Below are positions 5,229 through 6,296 of a stretch of DNA of 6,296 nucleotides, piece by piece. A program made the translations under genes and the position numbers. Position 1 is the stretch's first letter; every line of letters begins with the position of its first letter. The DNA comes from Chlamydiota bacterium (GTDB lineage: Bacteria; Auribacterota; JACPWU01), in contig JACPWU010000048.1 in NCBI GenBank assembly GCA_016196885.1, positions 1 through 6,296 on the forward strand, given 5' to 3'. The notes under the pieces were generated by a model. The model saw only the letters and a program-made list of their open reading frames with translations. It ran no database searches and had not been told where the DNA came from.

Positions 5229-5720
5229 ATGACGCCTCGATATAACATCTATCTCGACACATCTGTTTTCAACCATGCCCTCTGGAGTTCTAATCCTCTT
5301 TTTAAGGAAGAAAGTTGCTGGCTTTTTGAAGAAATTAATAAAGGCCGATTCGAAGCCTTTACGTCTGGTGTTACAATCGATGAGATTGAGAAAGCCCCAA
5401 CAGAAAAGAGATTGCGTTTGTTCGAGCTTGTGGATTCGTATCCTGTTGAGATTATAAAACCTATCGATCAAGATCATATTGATTTAGCACGAACCTATCT
5501 CCAAAAAGGCGCCATTGCTAAAGGAGAGACGAACGATGCTCTTCATATCGCCGTAGCCTCAATAAAAGGTATAGAATTAATTGTCAGCTTAAATTTTCAG
5601 CATATGGTAAAATTTAAGACGAACATTATGGTGAGTACGATTAATGCTCAAAACAACTTAAAGGCGATTGAAATACGTTCGCCAGGGATGATCAAAGATG
5701 AAATCATACGATCCAGATAA
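5229..5720 (+). CDS. PIN-domain protein (VapC-like putative ribonuclease toxin)
   Basis: 163-aa ORF. PIN signature positions are NIYLDTSVF (first Asp), VTIDEIEKAP (Glu), ETNDALHIAVASIKGIELIVSLNFQHMV (conserved Asp and the terminal xNFxH motif) and the ..IEIRSPGMI tail typical of this PIN subfamily. It starts 12 nt after the XRE stop, with no obvious SD. Confidence 0.9.
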   Translation: MTPRYNIYLDTSVFNHALWSSNPLFKEESCWLFEEINKGRFEAFTSGVTIDEIEKAPTEKRLRLFELVDSYPVEIIKPIDQDHIDLARTYLQKGAIAKGETNDALHIAVASIKGIELIVSLNFQHMVKFKTNIMVSTINAQNNLKAIEIRSPGMIKDEIIRSR

Positions 5721-5892
5721 AGAACTGCATAAGATTAGAAAAGCCATTGGGCAAGAGCTTGAGCACCTCGGTTCACGGGAGTTCCTCAAACGGCTCAATG
5801 AGCGAACCACTAAAATTATTAATGAGCATGGTTGGCAGAGTCGCGTCCGGCATCTTCCCAATGTCAAGATCAAGTACCGCCAGGCCGCATAA
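5698..5892 (+). CDS. Small helical protein overlapping the PIN gene's 3' end; candidate PIN partner (antitoxin-like)
   Basis: 64-aa ORF MKSYDPDKELHKIRKAIGQELEHLGSREFLKRLNERTTKIINEHGWQSRV.. Its start overlaps the PIN stop region by 23 nt. AGGGA lies about 9 nt upstream. It is charged and helical, resembling small proteins I recall next to this PIN subfamily. A 109-aa antisense ORF (5658..5987) covers the same DNA but looks spurious. Confidence 0.55.
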   Translation: MKSYDPDKELHKIRKAIGQELEHLGSREFLKRLNERTTKIINEHGWQSRVRHLPNVKIKYRQAA

Positions 5893-6137
5893 TCTTTAAT
5901 ACAATAAAGAATCACCCATCCCAAATCATCCTTCTCATATCTCACCGATGTTTTTTCGCCCGCCCCTTCTTTCCGCCACTCCAACATCAGCCCGTCTTAG
6001 CCCAGGGCTCGTGATCCAGTGAGAGCCATTGATCTTTCCGCATTCACTCGGGGGGGTCACCCTATTTTTTTAAGTTTATAAGGTGTTATTAATTCCCCCG
6101 CCCACCCTATGCCCCACAAAAGTATTTTTGACTTTGG

Positions 6138-6246
6138 CCTTTCCCTTCCAGTTCTTCCCCGTTTCCAATGTCCCCTTCCCTTTCCCTTCCCCCTTCGTCC
6201 CGACATCCCGATGTCGTGACTACCCTCTTCTCTTTCCTATTCCCTG
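6138..6246. other. Strongly strand-asymmetric polypyrimidine (C/T) tract in non-coding DNA
   Basis: The plus strand is almost entirely C/T, with repeated CCCTTCC-like units. 6171-6196 is 26 nt of uninterrupted pyrimidine (tccccttccctttcccttcccccttc). The tract is interrupted only by the 6197-6220 hairpin. Confidence 0.7.
6197..6220. repeat. Inverted repeat / hairpin GTCcCGACAT-CCCG-ATGTCGtGAC
   Basis: CGACAT (6201-6206) pairs with ATGTCG (6211-6216) around a CCCG loop. GTC (6197-6199) and GAC (6218-6220) extend the stem across one mismatch. No U-run follows on either strand, so I do not call it a terminator. Confidence 0.5.
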
Positions 6247-6248
6247 AC

Positions 6249-6278
6249 GCCACTTTTTTGCCGTCCAAAAAAGATGGC
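6249..6278. repeat. Inverted repeat GCCA-CTTTTTTG-CCGTC-CAAAAAAG-a-TGGC
   Basis: CTTTTTTG (6253-6260) and CAAAAAAG (6266-6273) are a perfect 8-bp inverted repeat around a 5-nt loop. GCCA (6249-6252) and TGGC (6275-6278) extend it with one bulged A. The stem is A/T-rich, which is atypical for an intrinsic terminator. Confidence 0.5.
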
Positions 6279-6296
6279 GATAAGGTATCGGGTTTA

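Larger units (their letters stand above)
506..5892. mobile_element. Core of an integrative/replicative mobile element: integrase, replication module, repressor switch and PIN module; true ends not identified
   Basis: A tyrosine recombinase, a zinc-finger/P-loop replication protein, a DUF5659-like gene, a divergent XRE regulator with a promoter and operator, and a PIN module co-occur. No att direct repeats or tRNA target could be established within the window. Confidence 0.55.

Noticed and set aside
5007-5477. Minus-strand ORFs 5007..5204 and 5211..5477, and plus-strand 5275..5457
   Set aside because: They are antisense or alternative-frame to the XRE and PIN genes, both of which carry clear domain signatures.
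5658-6014. 109-aa minus-strand ORF (5658..5987) and 60-aa plus-strand ORF (5832..6014)
   Set aside because: The 109-aa product is Cys/Arg/Leu-rich and irregular and has no SD. It is antisense to the better-supported 64-aa ORF that is coupled to the PIN gene. The 60-aa ORF overlaps the 64-aa ORF out of frame and runs into pyrimidine-rich non-coding DNA.
5985-6075. Possible intrinsic terminator after the plus-strand cassette (AGCCC..GGGCT, and the G7 run followed by T7 at 6064-6070)
   Set aside because: No stable GC-rich stem immediately precedes the T-run. GGGTcACCC has a 1-nt loop, and the AGCCC/GGGCT pairing is weak and not followed by Us.
431-6110. Possible att direct repeats: ATTCCCCCCG (431-440) versus ATTCCCCCG (6092-6100), and TCACCCT-like motifs near 470 (minus strand) and at 6057-6063 and 6104-6108
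   Set aside because: The matches are only 7-10 nt, differ in C-run length, and occur in C/G-run-rich DNA where chance matches are likely. No tRNA or tmRNA fragment is adjacent. This is insufficient to define element ends.
6057-6213. About 49-aa minus-strand ORF (ATG at 6213..6211, MSGRRGKGKGRGHWKRGRTG...) in the polypurine strand of the tail region
   Set aside because: The Gly/Arg/Lys-rich translation is the automatic result of reading a purine tract. It shows no SD or domain signal, and its start sits inside the 6197-6220 hairpin.

Overview
The window reads as the core of a compact integrative and replicative mobile element (prophage-, satellite- or integrative-plasmid-like); its boundaries are not resolved. 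The minus strand appears to carry one operon: a small ORF, a DUF5659-like small protein, a 667-aa replication protein (CHC2-type zinc finger, P-loop ATPase, probable C-terminal winged helix) and a 541-aa tyrosine recombinase. Downstream is a secreted or membrane-anchored protein gene with a TTG start that the ATG-only ORF track misses; it runs off the left edge. This operon is driven from an AT-rich divergent control region (4702-4826) holding a consensus sigma70 promoter with a perfect 17-bp palindrome between its -35 and -10. On the other side of that region, the plus strand encodes an XRE/Cro-CI-type HTH regulator, a PIN-domain (VapC-like) nuclease and an overlapping 64-aa helical protein. 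Several DNA-level structures are not explained by coding. TCCAAG iterons flank an AT-rich core between the replication and integrase genes. Two converging arrays of 7-nt GGATNNN repeats sit inside the replication gene linker. A hairpin and direct repeats lie in a second low-complexity segment of that gene. The last ~400 nt are non-coding and pyrimidine-rich, with hairpins. I found no rRNA, tRNA or CRISPR array. All homology statements come from motif recognition by eye, not database searches.
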